This document shows, in pieces, positions 42,675-52,178 of a stretch of 52,513 nucleotides of DNA (position 1 is its first letter; each line of letters starts with the position of its first letter). Location: IMG/VR virus record IMGVR_UViG_3300031565_000048, positions 1-52,513 of that record. One strand, 5' to 3'. A program made the translations under genes and the position numbers. The DNA is from a virus. Lineage: Duplodnaviria; Caudoviricetes. The notes under the pieces were generated by a model. It had not been told where the DNA came from. It saw nothing but the letters and a program-made list of their open reading frames with translations, and ran no database searches.

Positions 42675-43991
42675 TCAGCTTTCCTCTTCTGGTTCTTCTT
42701 CAGGCTCCCCTTCAGGAGGCTCCTCCTCTGGGGGCTCTTCCTCCGGGGCTTCAGGCGGCACCTCGTAACCCAACTCGCCGAGGTCAAGACCCATTATCTT
42801 CAAAAGTAACGCCAGTTGCTTGGGCCCGATCATGCCGACCTCTATGGCGGTAGCGACTATGCTCTCAAGTTGCAGGTCCTCGGCGCCAGTCTTCTCAACG
42901 CCCCAGATGGCTTTCGGCTCCGCCTCCAGCTTGTTTGCCGCCATGAGGCGGTCGAAGAACCCTGCTTCCACGCCTCTGCCCATGTTCCGCTGGATGGCGT
43001 TGATGTTGCGGTCTACCATGGCCGTGAGTTCGCGGGCGCTGGCGAGGGTGGCGTCCTTCCAATAGTAGAGGTCGGGCGCGTAGAGTCCCTTGTAGATGAG
43101 GCGGTCTACGTGTTCAATGTAGCCTTCGTATCGGGTGCTGCCGCGGACCTCGATGATCTGGGCGACGTTCGCCAGTTCGCCTTCCTCTAGCCAGCCGAGG
43201 ACTAGGTCTTCGTCGACTTCTTTCTGGGAGAGCAGTTCTTTGAGGCCGGCGGGGTCTCGGGTGGTTTTCCAGATGATGTCGGGGAACATCCGTTTCTCTA
43301 TGATCTTGTCGATGTTGGATATGGCTGTCTTCTTCGTGGCGAGGAGGGACTCGACGGGTTTTACGATGCTGGTGCCTGTGGGGTCGTTGGCGATCTGGTT
43401 GTGGATGAAGAGGGTGAGGGTGTTTCCGAGTATCGTGACGTCTGCGCCGCCGGTGTTCTGCGCCTTCTGGATTAGGTGCTTTACCGAGCCGTCCTGGTTT
43501 AGGACTATTTCCTTGACGGTCTTCGGGTGGATGATCTTGAGGGCGGATTTGGACGGTATTTTGTTGATCTTCGTCTCGACGGGGCAGAACCCGGCGATGA
43601 GCATGTTCTTGCAGATGTTAGGCAGCAGGACGTCGAGGTTCATGGCCTTGCCGAACTCGTCGACGAGCTCCTTAGCCTGCTTAGGTTCGTCCTCCTTGAT
43701 GGCGGTGTGATAACCTTGGCCGACGGCGGCCTCAGATAATCCGTTGACGGATGCGAAGACGACGCCGTCTGTCTCATACCAAGTGTAGAAGCTTTCGATC
43801 CCTGTGACTTTGGTTTTCTTATCGGATGTCTTCTGCTCCCTGAACCTCGCCCGTTCATTAAGGTAGAAGGAGTCCGTCCGCTCGCCTTCGATCCGTCTCG
43901 ACGCGGCGGCGGGCTGGTAAGGTGGGCGTGTCCCCATGACTCTGGTGGAGACGTCTTCCAGGAACTTGGCGAACCTGTTGGGATTACTCAT
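42675..43991 (-). CDS. Portal protein
   Basis: Follows TerL. LKIIHPKTV and PTGTSIV motifs, acidic tail. Confidence 0.85.
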   Translation of the reverse strand: MSNPNRFAKFLEDVSTRVMGTRPPYQPAAASRRIEGERTDSFYLNERARFREQKTSDKKTKVTGIESFYTWYETDGVVFASVNGLSEAAVGQGYHTAIKEDEPKQAKELVDEFGKAMNLDVLLPNICKNMLIAGFCPVETKINKIPSKSALKIIHPKTVKEIVLNQDGSVKHLIQKAQNTGGADVTILGNTLTLFIHNQIANDPTGTSIVKPVESLLATKKTAISNIDKIIEKRMFPDIIWKTTRDPAGLKELLSQKEVDEDLVLGWLEEGELANVAQIIEVRGSTRYEGYIEHVDRLIYKGLYAPDLYYWKDATLASARELTAMVDRNINAIQRNMGRGVEAGFFDRLMAANKLEAEPKAIWGVEKTGAEDLQLESIVATAIEVGMIGPKQLALLLKIMGLDLGELGYEVPPEAPEEEPPEEEPPEGEPEEEPEEES

Positions 43992-44152
43992 CTTTGTCTC
44001 TCCTTGAACCTTCTAATCACGTCCGCGTACTGATCCTCGGGGGCGGCTTCGACCAGCGTCTGCTCTCCGCATTGGGGACACGTCCATATCTGGGGCGGGC
44101 AGGATGGGCAGGCTTCGATGGATATAATGGACCCGCATTTACAGAACTGCAA
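43988..44152 (-). CDS. Small Zn-finger protein
   Basis: CKC...CPSC...CPQC. Probable TTG start. Confidence 0.5.
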   Translation of the reverse strand: MQFCKCGSIISIEACPSCPPQIWTCPQCGEQTLVEAAPEDQYADVIRRFKERQR

Positions 44153-44154
44153 TT

Positions 44155-44334
44155 CTAATCCTCTAGGTGTCCGTGCTCTTCCTTCCACGTGTTCCCGGCG
44201 GTGCGGAAGACCTTGCCGCAGGCGAGGCATTTGATGAGCTTGCTATCCTTGACCATGGGCACGCCGGCGGAGCCGATGCGTTCAAGGTGGATGACCTCCC
44301 CGCATTTAGGGCAACTTATGAATGTGAAGCTCAT
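44155..44334 (-). CDS. Small Zn-ribbon protein
   Basis: CPKC...CLAC. ATGA overlap with TerL. Confidence 0.55.
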   Translation of the reverse strand: MSFTFISCPKCGEVIHLERIGSAGVPMVKDSKLIKCLACGKVFRTAGNTWKEEHGHLED

Positions 44335-45752
44335 CTCATTATCTCCTTGGGACGGTAGACGCTGTAACCCCCTATCGGTCGGCGGCCCTTAGCGAGCATC
44401 CTGTGAGCCCCGCTGCTGGCGTCGGCCCTGTCCTTGTGCTCCGCCTCGGGGAATGACTCCATCTCGTCTAGGTAGCCTTCTACATCCCACATCCCGGGGA
44501 CGAGGTAGACGTTACCGGCTTGGGCTGTGCTGCTTAGGGGCGTGGCTCTGTCGGCTTTGGAGCCCGTCACCTTGTCCGGGTAGAAGGCGTGTCCCACTAG
44601 GACTTTGCGGGTGTAGTGGTCGATGACATCGACACCGCTGCTGCCGGGCTCCTGCTCCAGGTATATTCGGATGCTGCTGAGTTCGCCGTTTTCAACCCGC
44701 ATTCTGTCGAGGGCGGCTGTCTGCTTTATGAGATCCTCGATAGTCTTGGGTGTGCCTCGGGTGTGCCGGATGTCGAGGATGTAGAAGCGTCCTTCGTCGT
44801 CCATAGCCATGAGGACACCGGCGGTGTAGGAGGGATCCGTGCCCGGTCTCTCCTCTGAGGCGGCTTTATCCCAGTATCTGATTGCTCGGCAGCCGGAGGG
44901 AATGGATAGTTGGATTGTGAACCAGCTTCTTCTGAACATTCTTCCTACGTCCTTTATGTCCCAGTTGCCGTCCATTAGGCGGGCCCGGGTGACGGGTTCG
45001 AGGTACATGAGGCTTTTAATATAGGTCTCCTTGTCGAGTCCGGGATTATCCTCTATCTTCGCGGGTATGAAGGGGGCGACTGCGGTCTTGTAGTCGACGT
45101 AGCGTCGTTTCACCCATTGCACGTAAGGGCCGTCAGGGTTGCCAGCGTTCCTCATCCTTAGGGGGACGTTGTAGTCCTTCAGCTTCTCTGTTCGCCTGAT
45201 CCGGCTGAACAGGTACCGGACCTGAAACTCACGGTGCTGAGGCACCTCATCGAACGCTACGTACTGGTAGGCGCTACTCTGGTATCGGAGGTGGTCTAGG
45301 GGTGAATCCATGTAGCCGAATGTGACTGTGGCGCTTGAGGGGAAGGTGTAGGTATTGGTGTCTCCCCTCCACTTCGCCTTATTCGCCCACCATTCATGAG
45401 CCCGTGGAATCAACCCCTCAGGGAGCTGGTGGTCCCGCAGGGTCTTCCTAAATAGGATGGCGGCGTAGCTGGGTATGTGGCAGAACATGACGGCACCCAT
45501 CAGGAGGGCATCCGATTTGCCGCCGCCAGCTGCGCCTCCGTAGAAGGCCTCGAAGTCAGGCAACAGAAGGAACTGCAGTTGTTTGGCGGACGGCCTCTTG
45601 CCTTTATCCCGTGGGATCCACTCCATCTTCAGGGCGTTCTTTAGCGCCCGGTATAGCATCTGGCTCTGGTTGACGTAGTCTTCTCGCCTCGTCGTCCATG
45701 AAGTTCTGAACGATTGCTCCGACTGCGTCTTCGTCAAGTCCTTTGAGTTCAA
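44331..45752 (-). CDS. terL: Terminase large subunit
   Basis: Walker A YGGAAGGGKS, Walker B FDE, GNP, and nuclease motifs WDKA, EQEPG, DRADA. Confidence 0.95.
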   Translation of the reverse strand: MNSKDLTKTQSEQSFRTSWTTRREDYVNQSQMLYRALKNALKMEWIPRDKGKRPSAKQLQFLLLPDFEAFYGGAAGGGKSDALLMGAVMFCHIPSYAAILFRKTLRDHQLPEGLIPRAHEWWANKAKWRGDTNTYTFPSSATVTFGYMDSPLDHLRYQSSAYQYVAFDEVPQHREFQVRYLFSRIRRTEKLKDYNVPLRMRNAGNPDGPYVQWVKRRYVDYKTAVAPFIPAKIEDNPGLDKETYIKSLMYLEPVTRARLMDGNWDIKDVGRMFRRSWFTIQLSIPSGCRAIRYWDKAASEERPGTDPSYTAGVLMAMDDEGRFYILDIRHTRGTPKTIEDLIKQTAALDRMRVENGELSSIRIYLEQEPGSSGVDVIDHYTRKVLVGHAFYPDKVTGSKADRATPLSSTAQAGNVYLVPGMWDVEGYLDEMESFPEAEHKDRADASSGAHRMLAKGRRPIGGYSVYRPKEIMR

Positions 45753-46125
45753 CCCCCTCCACCTCTATCTTTTGTTGAAGTTCCCCACTAACTTTCTGGA
45801 TGACGTTCTTGGGTAGAAGACCATCGATCATCTTCCCTCTATAGAGCAACTGGAGGTGGGGGGTTACGCCCCCGCTCTCTATTTGATTAATCTGTCTTTT
45901 TATGAGTTGGTCTACGAGAGATCCTCTTCTCTCTTGAAGTTTCTCGACGTACTTGAAGGCGTAGGGGTGCTTCATGTCTCTCCTGACAGTGACCTCTGAT
46001 ACGCCGATCTCTGCCGCTATGTCGGCGTAGGTCCAGATGCCTCTGCCCATGGCCTCGAACTCTTTCTCTATTCGGACTCGTTTCTTCGCAGTTATCCGTG
46101 TCTCTTTTTGGTCAGAGTCGGTCAT
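45604..46125 (-). CDS. Probable terminase small subunit (HTH)
   Basis: YADIAAEIGVSEVTVRRD. Directly upstream of terL. Confidence 0.7.
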   Translation of the reverse strand: MTDSDQKETRITAKKRVRIEKEFEAMGRGIWTYADIAAEIGVSEVTVRRDMKHPYAFKYVEKLQERRGSLVDQLIKRQINQIESGGVTPHLQLLYRGKMIDGLLPKNVIQKVSGELQQKIEVEGVELKGLDEDAVGAIVQNFMDDEARRLRQPEPDAIPGAKERPEDGVDPTG

Positions 46126-46151
46126 TTCCGATCATTTCTCCGTTCTACAGG

Positions 46152-46409
46152 TTACTCGGTTGGGACGGCCTGTTGCGATCCCCGGCCGCGCGCATCGGAT
46201 AGGATCTCGCCTTTCGTGAACATGTCTTTATGCTTGAGGAGATCGTTGATCCTTTGTCGGGGCAGTTTCTCTATGAGATGGAAGAGTACTTGTCCCGGCG
46301 TGAGGACGTTAATAGCCTCCGCTTTCTCGTAGTCGCGGTGGGAGTGGGTGCTGACGATGCGTGCTGCGGTTCGCCGTATATGGGCGTCTCGACTTCTTTT
46401 ATGAGGCAT
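46152..46409 (-). CDS. Hypothetical protein
   Basis: 85-aa ORF. Confidence 0.5.
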   Translation of the reverse strand: MPHKRSRDAHIRRTAARIVSTHSHRDYEKAEAINVLTPGQVLFHLIEKLPRQRINDLLKHKDMFTKGEILSDARGRGSQQAVPTE

Positions 46410-46460
46410 TGATACTCAACTCTAGGAGCCACACTCGCGCGGTGTCGGAGGCGGCTAAAC

Positions 46461-46781
46461 TTATTCGTTGACATCGCGGATTATAACGGGACCGTAGCCG
46501 TAGTCTTCATTATTTGTGAGTTGGTTGATGGCCCCACTGAGGCGGTGGCCTGCGACATCTACGCCTGCTCCTGTTAAAAGGGCTACGAGGTATATCCAGA
46601 TGTCTGGGTTTTCAATGTCTCGGAATATTAAAGCTGCAAGGAAACCGCCTAGTATTGCTCTTCCTATACTAGCCGCGAATTTCCTGAAGTCGAAGGGTTC
46701 TCCAGATTCTATCCAGCCAAGGACGGCCACGAAAAGGGCACCGAGGACGGTTAGCAGGATTAGGGTGATATGTGTATTCAT
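46461..46781 (-). CDS. Holin-like protein with three TM helices
   Basis: Three hydrophobic helices. Appears leaderless behind TTTATAT at about 46807-46813. Confidence 0.6.
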   Translation of the reverse strand: MNTHITLILLTVLGALFVAVLGWIESGEPFDFRKFAASIGRAILGGFLAALIFRDIENPDIWIYLVALLTGAGVDVAGHRLSGAINQLTNNEDYGYGPVIIRDVNE

Positions 46782-46839
46782 TATATTGAATTAGTTATCA
46801 TCAGCATATAAATAAGGTGTTGTGGTTTCAGCGCATCGC

Positions 46840-46965
46840 CTATCTCTCGATCACAGCGATGACTTTCTCTAGGCGATCAATGAGGCCGTCTATCGTTTTC
46901 TCGTGTTCCGTTAGGCAGTTTATGAGGAGATCAAGGACATCCATACGCTGGGTTAGGTTGCCCAT
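46840..46965 (-). CDS. Small coiled-coil protein (41 aa)
   Basis: MDVLDLLINCLTEHEKTIDGLIDRLE. Confidence 0.5.
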   Translation of the reverse strand: MGNLTQRMDVLDLLINCLTEHEKTIDGLIDRLEKVIAVIER

Positions 46966-47076
46966 TTTGTTCCTTTTAGTCCTCACAGTTCTCGGTAAAA
47001 TGGTTTGTGAAGTCAGGATATGGTTTAAAGATCTATGAATGGGTTGAGTGGGGAGAATCCTTCAACCTGTACCTAC

Positions 47077-47313
47077 TTAGGACTCCTCTTCCTCGTTTGC
47101 TTTATGGACCCCGTGGCCCTCCCTAATCTGGTATGCCTTCACCGCCCTGTAGAGGTACATCCAGCCACACCCACAGTTATCACACCCCTGAACCCTGTCT
47201 GGGTGAAGCCTCCAGGGGCAGGCATCACATGGCGGCTCTACGGGTATCTTGAGAAGCTGGGCGTAGATTCTCAGCTTCTCCTTTGCTTTGGTGGGCCTGT
47301 GTCTTTCACTCAT
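47077..47313 (-). CDS. Small Cys-rich cassette protein
   Basis: CDAC...CDNC. Confidence 0.55.
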   Translation of the reverse strand: MSERHRPTKAKEKLRIYAQLLKIPVEPPCDACPWRLHPDRVQGCDNCGCGWMYLYRAVKAYQIREGHGVHKANEEEES

Positions 47314-47497
47314 CCTTATGCTCCTCCGGATAATGGATTTTAAACTTAGCTAAAGGATAAAGTGGAGTAGCCCACTGACAATCTGGGCATCTCCAAAATA
47401 TCTTTGAATATGTCAATCCATCAAGTAATTCATCAAGAACATCATTCCCACATCTGGGGCAAACATGAGGTTTAGTTATAACCGTTCTTTTACTCAC
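47306..47497 (-). CDS. Zn-ribbon cassette protein
   Basis: CPRC...CPDC. Flanked by sites sharing the core CGGAGGA. Confidence 0.6.
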   Translation of the reverse strand: MSKRTVITKPHVCPRCGNDVLDELLDGLTYSKIFWRCPDCQWATPLYPLAKFKIHYPEEHKDE

Positions 47498-47687
47498 CCT
47501 TTGACTCCTCCGTTAATAGGATGCGGAGAACTTCTCGCCCCAGCCGTGTCGCATGGAAATAATGCGTAACGTGCCCACATTTGCAACTCCAATGTTTTAA
47601 TGCACCACACCCACATTCTTCGCTAGTGCAATAGATTCCGGAACCGTTGTCTGACCCACATTTCTCGCATTTACCCATCCTTGGCAT
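47490..47687 (-). CDS. Cys-rich cassette protein
   Basis: Multiple Cys pairs. Confidence 0.55.
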   Translation of the reverse strand: MPRMGKCEKCGSDNGSGIYCTSEECGCGALKHWSCKCGHVTHYFHATRLGREVLRILLTEESKGE

Positions 47688-47810
47688 CCTCCGCTTTTAG
47701 GATTGATGAGCCGCATGTAATACATTCAACATGAATTTTTCTTGATGCCTTTCCACGGTAAACGTGAAAACATTTACCTCCACACTCTGCGCAGATTAGT
47801 TTTATTTTGT

Positions 47811-48050
47811 TCATTCCTCTTGCTCTCCCTCTTTATGGTCAATTAATTTAGCATCAAGAACCCATATCTCATCTGAGTCATTATCAATGCGTTCTAAGGC
47901 CCAATCTGCTGAAGCCTCGTAATCAGATGCTTCTAAAAACTTTTTATCGCATGATGGACATTTCGGGCAACCCATTTCATCTAATTTAAGAGTAGAATTA
48001 CAGATGTGGCAACGGGCTCTCAGTGATTCAAGATGTTCTCTTATGGACAT
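47811..48050 (-). CDS. Zn-finger cassette protein
   Basis: CHIC...CPSC. Probable start MSIRE. Confidence 0.55.
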   Translation of the reverse strand: MSIREHLESLRARCHICNSTLKLDEMGCPKCPSCDKKFLEASDYEASADWALERIDNDSDEIWVLDAKLIDHKEGEQEE

Positions 48051-48183
48051 CCTAAACGCCCTCCTCTTTACGGATTTCCTCTGAACGATCATAAAGATAA
48101 ATCAACCAAGGATGTTTTATCAAGTAAGCCAAAGCGTGCCAATAAAGCACCCACTCAGGTATTTTCTTAGTTCTTGACAAATC

Positions 48184-48408
48184 CTAAGCACCTCCGTGTT
48201 TTAGGTCGTTTTCTAATGGGTAATCATCTGGCATGAATGGCATTCTCCCATATCTTTCAGGACTGTGTTTATTATGAACTTCTCTTATATGATCGGCAGT
48301 TTTTTTCAATAGTTTATCAAAATCGGTTTGCCGGATATTATCTTTAAATCCCCAAGTGTGCCAATCACAAAACGGGCATTCCATCCTTCTAACTCTTACT
48401 TTTTTCAT
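48184..48408 (-). CDS. C2H2-like Zn-finger cassette protein
   Basis: CPFC...HIREVH. Confidence 0.6.
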   Translation of the reverse strand: MKKVRVRRMECPFCDWHTWGFKDNIRQTDFDKLLKKTADHIREVHNKHSPERYGRMPFMPDDYPLENDLKHGGA

Positions 48409-48409
48409 C

Positions 48410-48622
48410 CTAAGCACCCTCATATTTACGGATAAGATTCTGAGGATCGGAAAACTTCAAGTTATAATTAGCCTCAAATACCCGAACCATGTCAATTAAC
48501 TGTCTAAGTTTCCGTTGATGTTTACTTGGAGGATTACGTATTGCCACATCTTCAAGTGGCTTCATCTTCCAGAACTCTTCAAGGAAGGTTTCTACAAGTT
48601 TCTTTAATTCAGTTTCACTCAT
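48410..48622 (-). CDS. Hypothetical cassette protein
   Basis: 70-aa ORF between two sites. Confidence 0.6.
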   Translation of the reverse strand: MSETELKKLVETFLEEFWKMKPLEDVAIRNPPSKHQRKLRQLIDMVRVFEANYNLKFSDPQNLIRKYEGA

Positions 48623-49233
48623 GTCTCTATCCTCTTTGATTTGCTATTAGTGGATTTGAAGAAATCCAATAACTCTGTTTGTGGCCATGGCCCTTGTTTT
48701 TGGATCATTAGAAGCCAGTATGATTGTTTGGCTGTTTTACCAGCATATCCTACGGGGATTCTTAGGGCAACATCCCAGAGAGGGAGATATTCAAGAACCT
48801 CGTTTGTGCTTAGGCTGTTTTCACTCCACTTAAAGAATAGAATCCCGCCAGGTATTAGGACTCGTGCGATTTCCCTTTGGGTTTCGTAGATGAATCGCAT
48901 TAACTCGGTTTTTGTTTGGTACTTATCTGCTCCATAATAGACCGGCGGTGCTTCTCTGCTATGAGAGGGCCATTTCTTGTTCCATGTTTCTCGGTTTGGT
49001 GTGGTGAAGAGGCTGCTATTTTTTCTTTTGCCCCATTCATGTGGTGGATCAAACACAGCGAAGAACTTGGAATCTGGGGGGAGATCGGTATTAGTGGCAT
49101 CGCAGAGAAGGTCAGGGGGCAATGAGAGATCGGGTTCTTTATCTAAGAAGAGTATGTGTGGGCTATCTTTAAGGGTCCAGATACTACGGTTCCCGGCCGT
49201 GAAGTCAACTATTGTAGCATCTGGTTTCTCCAT
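48619..49233 (-). CDS. Small amino-type DNA methyltransferase
   Basis: DFTAGNR SAM motif, FDPPH catalytic motif, and RVLIPGGILFFKW. Confidence 0.8.
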   Translation of the reverse strand: MEKPDATIVDFTAGNRSIWTLKDSPHILFLDKEPDLSLPPDLLCDATNTDLPPDSKFFAVFDPPHEWGKRKNSSLFTTPNRETWNKKWPSHSREAPPVYYGADKYQTKTELMRFIYETQREIARVLIPGGILFFKWSENSLSTNEVLEYLPLWDVALRIPVGYAGKTAKQSYWLLMIQKQGPWPQTELLDFFKSTNSKSKRIET

Positions 49234-49235
49234 TT

Positions 49236-49439
49236 TTATGTCCTCTTTGTTTGCTTTCTTCTGGATTCAATTATCTTGGCATGTTGTTTACAATATTCAC
49301 CGTTAGGACCATACCCTCTTTTCCTTTTACATTGATAGAAATGCCAGCCAGTTTCATCTACCACCTCAGCAATACACCGAGTAGAATCTTCAGGAATACC
49401 TTGGGGCCTTATATTCGATTGATCATACACTCTATCCAT
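49236..49439 (-). CDS. Small Zn-binding cassette protein
   Basis: C...QCKRK...YCKQH. Confidence 0.6.
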   Translation of the reverse strand: MDRVYDQSNIRPQGIPEDSTRCIAEVVDETGWHFYQCKRKRGYGPNGEYCKQHAKIIESRRKQTKRT

Positions 49440-49484
49440 TTTTCTATGTCCTCTTTTTGGTTTCGACTTGGGTCATTTCATTTT

Positions 49485-49739
49485 TCACCTTGAAAGTAAA
49501 TACCTCATAAGTACATCGATGTTCGGCGAAGTCTTTTTGGCTCTTCTCTTCTTTATTCTCTCTATGATTTCGTTATGAATCTGTTTTTCCTGACAGTCAG
49601 GCTTCCCATGATTCGGGCATTTCTTCCATTCAGGGCAGACCACCAAGTTATTGGCGTTTATCTTGATATGAACTGCCCTGCGTTTGCCCTCAACCGTGCA
49701 GAGAACCACGCCTTCTTGGTAGCTGTGCTTACTCATCAT
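49485..49739 (-). CDS. Hypothetical cassette protein
   Basis: 84-aa ORF. Confidence 0.55.
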   Translation of the reverse strand: MMSKHSYQEGVVLCTVEGKRRAVHIKINANNLVVCPEWKKCPNHGKPDCQEKQIHNEIIERIKKRRAKKTSPNIDVLMRYLLSR

Positions 49740-50179
49740 TCTACCTCCATCCGTTTAGTGTGTTTGATAATGGATGTATCAAGAATTAATGGTTCTAAGT
49801 TAGCGAGTTGAGTTAATATCTCATTAGCGTAAATATGGGAAACATGATTCTGAGGCCAAGTAATAGCTTTATCATCAATGTATGCAGTAGCGAATACCTT
49901 TCCATCCATCTGGGTGGCGATTTTATCAAAGGGCATATTATAATGTTCAAGGTATTCCTTTATTGCTACCTTGATTTTCTTGTAGTCGTGATTCTCCCAT
50001 TGCCCATTAGTTCTACATGTGAATATTACTATTTCATAGCCAAGTTTCTTTATTCCTTCAAGCAAATACCTTACGCTTTCATTAGGCTCCCCGAATTTAT
50101 ATGGATCATAGTGTCCATCATAATGACATATTACTCCATCAAAGTCTACTGCAATATGTCTAACTTTAATCCCCATCAT
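49736..50179 (-). CDS. HAD-superfamily phosphatase
   Basis: DFDGVI, IFTCR and YIDDKA. Confidence 0.85.
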   Translation of the reverse strand: MMGIKVRHIAVDFDGVICHYDGHYDPYKFGEPNESVRYLLEGIKKLGYEIVIFTCRTNGQWENHDYKKIKVAIKEYLEHYNMPFDKIATQMDGKVFATAYIDDKAITWPQNHVSHIYANEILTQLANLEPLILDTSIIKHTKRMEVE

Positions 50180-50210
50180 TCCACCGTCCTCTTAGTATCT
50201 GAGTTACTGG

Positions 50211-50387
50211 TCATTCTTCTTTGAACTCCATCTTAATTTTATAGTGTGTTTGGTGTCTCTCCTCTCTTATCTCATCTAAGACTTCAACAAGTTCTGGTAA
50301 TGTTTCATAGGGCTGGGAGCCGTGACGCTGATATATTCCATCAATTAGAATGTTTAACACGGTTTTTGCTTCTTCTTTAAGACTCAT
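50211..50387 (-). CDS. Small hypothetical cassette protein (58 aa)
   Basis: MSLKEEAKTVL...MEFKEE*. Lies between the sites at 50187 and 50398. Confidence 0.55.
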   Translation of the reverse strand: MSLKEEAKTVLNILIDGIYQRHGSQPYETLPELVEVLDEIREERHQTHYKIKMEFKEE

Positions 50388-50665
50388 TTTTCCACTCTCC
50401 TAAGTTCTTTAGAGATAATGGAGCCGTTTCTCTTTGTGATCTCAACACCACAGTAAAACAATGTCTCGCCTTCTTGCATGGTGTCAAGGATTTTAGCTGT
50501 TCCAGCGGCTCTAATTAAGCTGCTTCCTCTTGAATGTTTATTCACAAGTTCCTTTGTTGTCGCCACTCGTTTACCGTATAGAAAGTCGGGGTAATTGTTC
50601 TGTAGAAGCCTCCAATGTTCCTTGAAGGCTAAATCAAATAGAAGGTCATCTGATATGGGCGTCAT
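50384..50665 (-). CDS. Hypothetical cassette protein
   Basis: 93-aa ORF. Confidence 0.55.
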   Translation of the reverse strand: MTPISDDLLFDLAFKEHWRLLQNNYPDFLYGKRVATTKELVNKHSRGSSLIRAAGTAKILDTMQEGETLFYCGVEITKRNGSIISKELRRVEK

Positions 50666-50754
50666 TTTGTTTAGTATCGGCCATACTTGATCAAAGTTTT
50701 CTACGGCTCGGTCAAGCCATTGAATGCCGCTTATTGAGTCTGAGGAAAAAAGGC

Positions 50755-51108
50755 TCAGTTGGGGTCATCCTCCTGCCATGCAGAATAGACTTTCTGCCAA
50801 TCTGAGCCGTAGATTCGTTTGAAGTCGTCGATTGTTGGTTGTCTGCGTTCTATTTCTTTCCATCCATGATCATCTTTTAGCCAGTGGCGTTCTAACTTGA
50901 TTGACTTATTCGCTTCTTTAAGAACATAAAGCGGGTCAGCCTTCTCAAGTAGTTTCTTCAGTTTCTCTTGGTCCTCTTCGCATGGTGTGAACCATTCACC
51001 GAATGGACCTAGATAGAAGCGTATGGTGTCTGTCTCTGTAGTTACTGATTTGACGTATTCGCCTGTTTCGTCGTCTATGGTCTCCAAATTGTATTCGCGT
51101 GTTTTCAT
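50755..51108 (-). CDS. Hypothetical cassette protein
   Basis: Probable start MKTREY (ATGA overlap). Confidence 0.6.
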   Translation of the reverse strand: MKTREYNLETIDDETGEYVKSVTTETDTIRFYLGPFGEWFTPCEEDQEKLKKLLEKADPLYVLKEANKSIKLERHWLKDDHGWKEIERRQPTIDDFKRIYGSDWQKVYSAWQEDDPN

Positions 51109-51326
51109 TTTTCCATCTCCTTGGACCGTAATTGCTGGGAGTAAATGGATTCTTTTGAGTAGCTGATCAATATGACGGGTGGTTCGGTATTTTCTGTGAC
51201 GCAGCATTTCTTATACATGCCCTTAATATTAGGGTCATAGGTGCAAGCCCCAGATGCGATGTCAACACCACATCTTTGAGCCGTTTTACATTTCTCTGGA
51301 TATTTAGGGCATGGAAGCTTAGGCAT
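51105..51326 (-). CDS. Cys-rich cassette protein
   Basis: 73 aa. Confidence 0.55.
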   Translation of the reverse strand: MPKLPCPKYPEKCKTAQRCGVDIASGACTYDPNIKGMYKKCCVTENTEPPVILISYSKESIYSQQLRSKEMEK

Positions 51327-51504
51327 CGGTCCTTTCTCCTTTAGATTCTCTGGTCCCGAGTTGCTGGGAGCTAATGGATGGGTTCACTTTGCTTTCTATT
51401 TCCCCAGTATCTCTGTAGTATCCGTACCAGAAAACGATGCAATTATCACAATCATGGTTTTTTGTGCATTCAAGTTCAGTAAATTTACATTTCAGTGGGG
51501 GCAT
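51319..51504 (-). CDS. Cys-rich cassette protein
   Basis: 61 aa. The C-terminus reads through two tandem sites. Confidence 0.55.
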   Translation of the reverse strand: MPPLKCKFTELECTKNHDCDNCIVFWYGYYRDTGEIESKVNPSISSQQLGTRESKGERTDA

Positions 51505-51845
51505 TACCCAAGTTCCTCCGTTACGTTTGTGATGTGAGTTTCTAGTTGGTTTGAATCGTAGAGATAAACGATCTTGGTGACATCGGCTACTAATCGAGGG
51601 TACTTGGTGTATCCTACGACAAACACGGCTTTATCGTGTTTCAGTTGATTGCCTTGAAATACTATGTTTCTTCCTTTGTAGAATTGACCAAGTAATCTAG
51701 ATCTCTTCTCGATAAGTCGATTCCACCAGTGATCTGAAGCATCACGATATTCAACTGTCTTTTTACCTGATTTGATGGCTTCATATAGATCGCCATACTT
51801 CTCAAACCCTTCTAAATATCTTTTCAAGACAAAATGTGCTGGCAT
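51504..51845 (-). CDS. ASCH-domain protein
   Basis: YEAIKSGKKTVEYR motif. Confidence 0.75.
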   Translation of the reverse strand: MPAHFVLKRYLEGFEKYGDLYEAIKSGKKTVEYRDASDHWWNRLIEKRSRLLGQFYKGRNIVFQGNQLKHDKAVFVVGYTKYPRLVADVTKIVYLYDSNQLETHITNVTEELG

Positions 51846-52036
51846 TAGGGCGTCCTCTTTTTGGTTTCGTCTACGGTTTCCTCTGAACTATTATTTTTAT
51901 CAAAATACCATATAGGTAAATCTTGACAATCGGTACAGTTAGACCTTGAACCCCCACCATATGGACAGCCAAGCGGATCTTCTCTAGCAGCAGGACATAG
52001 CCCCCAATCATCATCTTTTATGATAGTTCTTGACAA
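51845..52036 (-). CDS. Cys-rich cassette protein
   Basis: 63 aa. Confidence 0.55.
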   Translation of the reverse strand: MSRTIIKDDDWGLCPAAREDPLGCPYGGGSRSNCTDCQDLPIWYFDKNNSSEETVDETKKRTP

Positions 52037-52037
52037 G

Positions 52038-52178
52038 CTAAATCGACCTCTTCCTGTGTTTCTCTAAGGATGTCCTTTCAGCCATCATAATGTCCCCACA
52101 TTCAAAATCGTAATCACAGTATTTACAAAGCATTGAAGGTTGGCATTCTGGATATTTCTTACCATCAGTATCAGTCAT
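52038..52178 (-). CDS. Small Cys-rich cassette protein (46 aa)
   Basis: ATGA overlap. Lies between the sites at 52046 and 52189. Confidence 0.5.
   Translation of the reverse strand: MTDTDGKKYPECQPSMLCKYCDYDFECGDIMMAERTSLEKHRKRSI

Noticed and set aside
511-50224. The many plus-strand ORFs in the track
   Set aside because: They are antisense shadows of coupled minus-strand genes, with no recognisable motifs.
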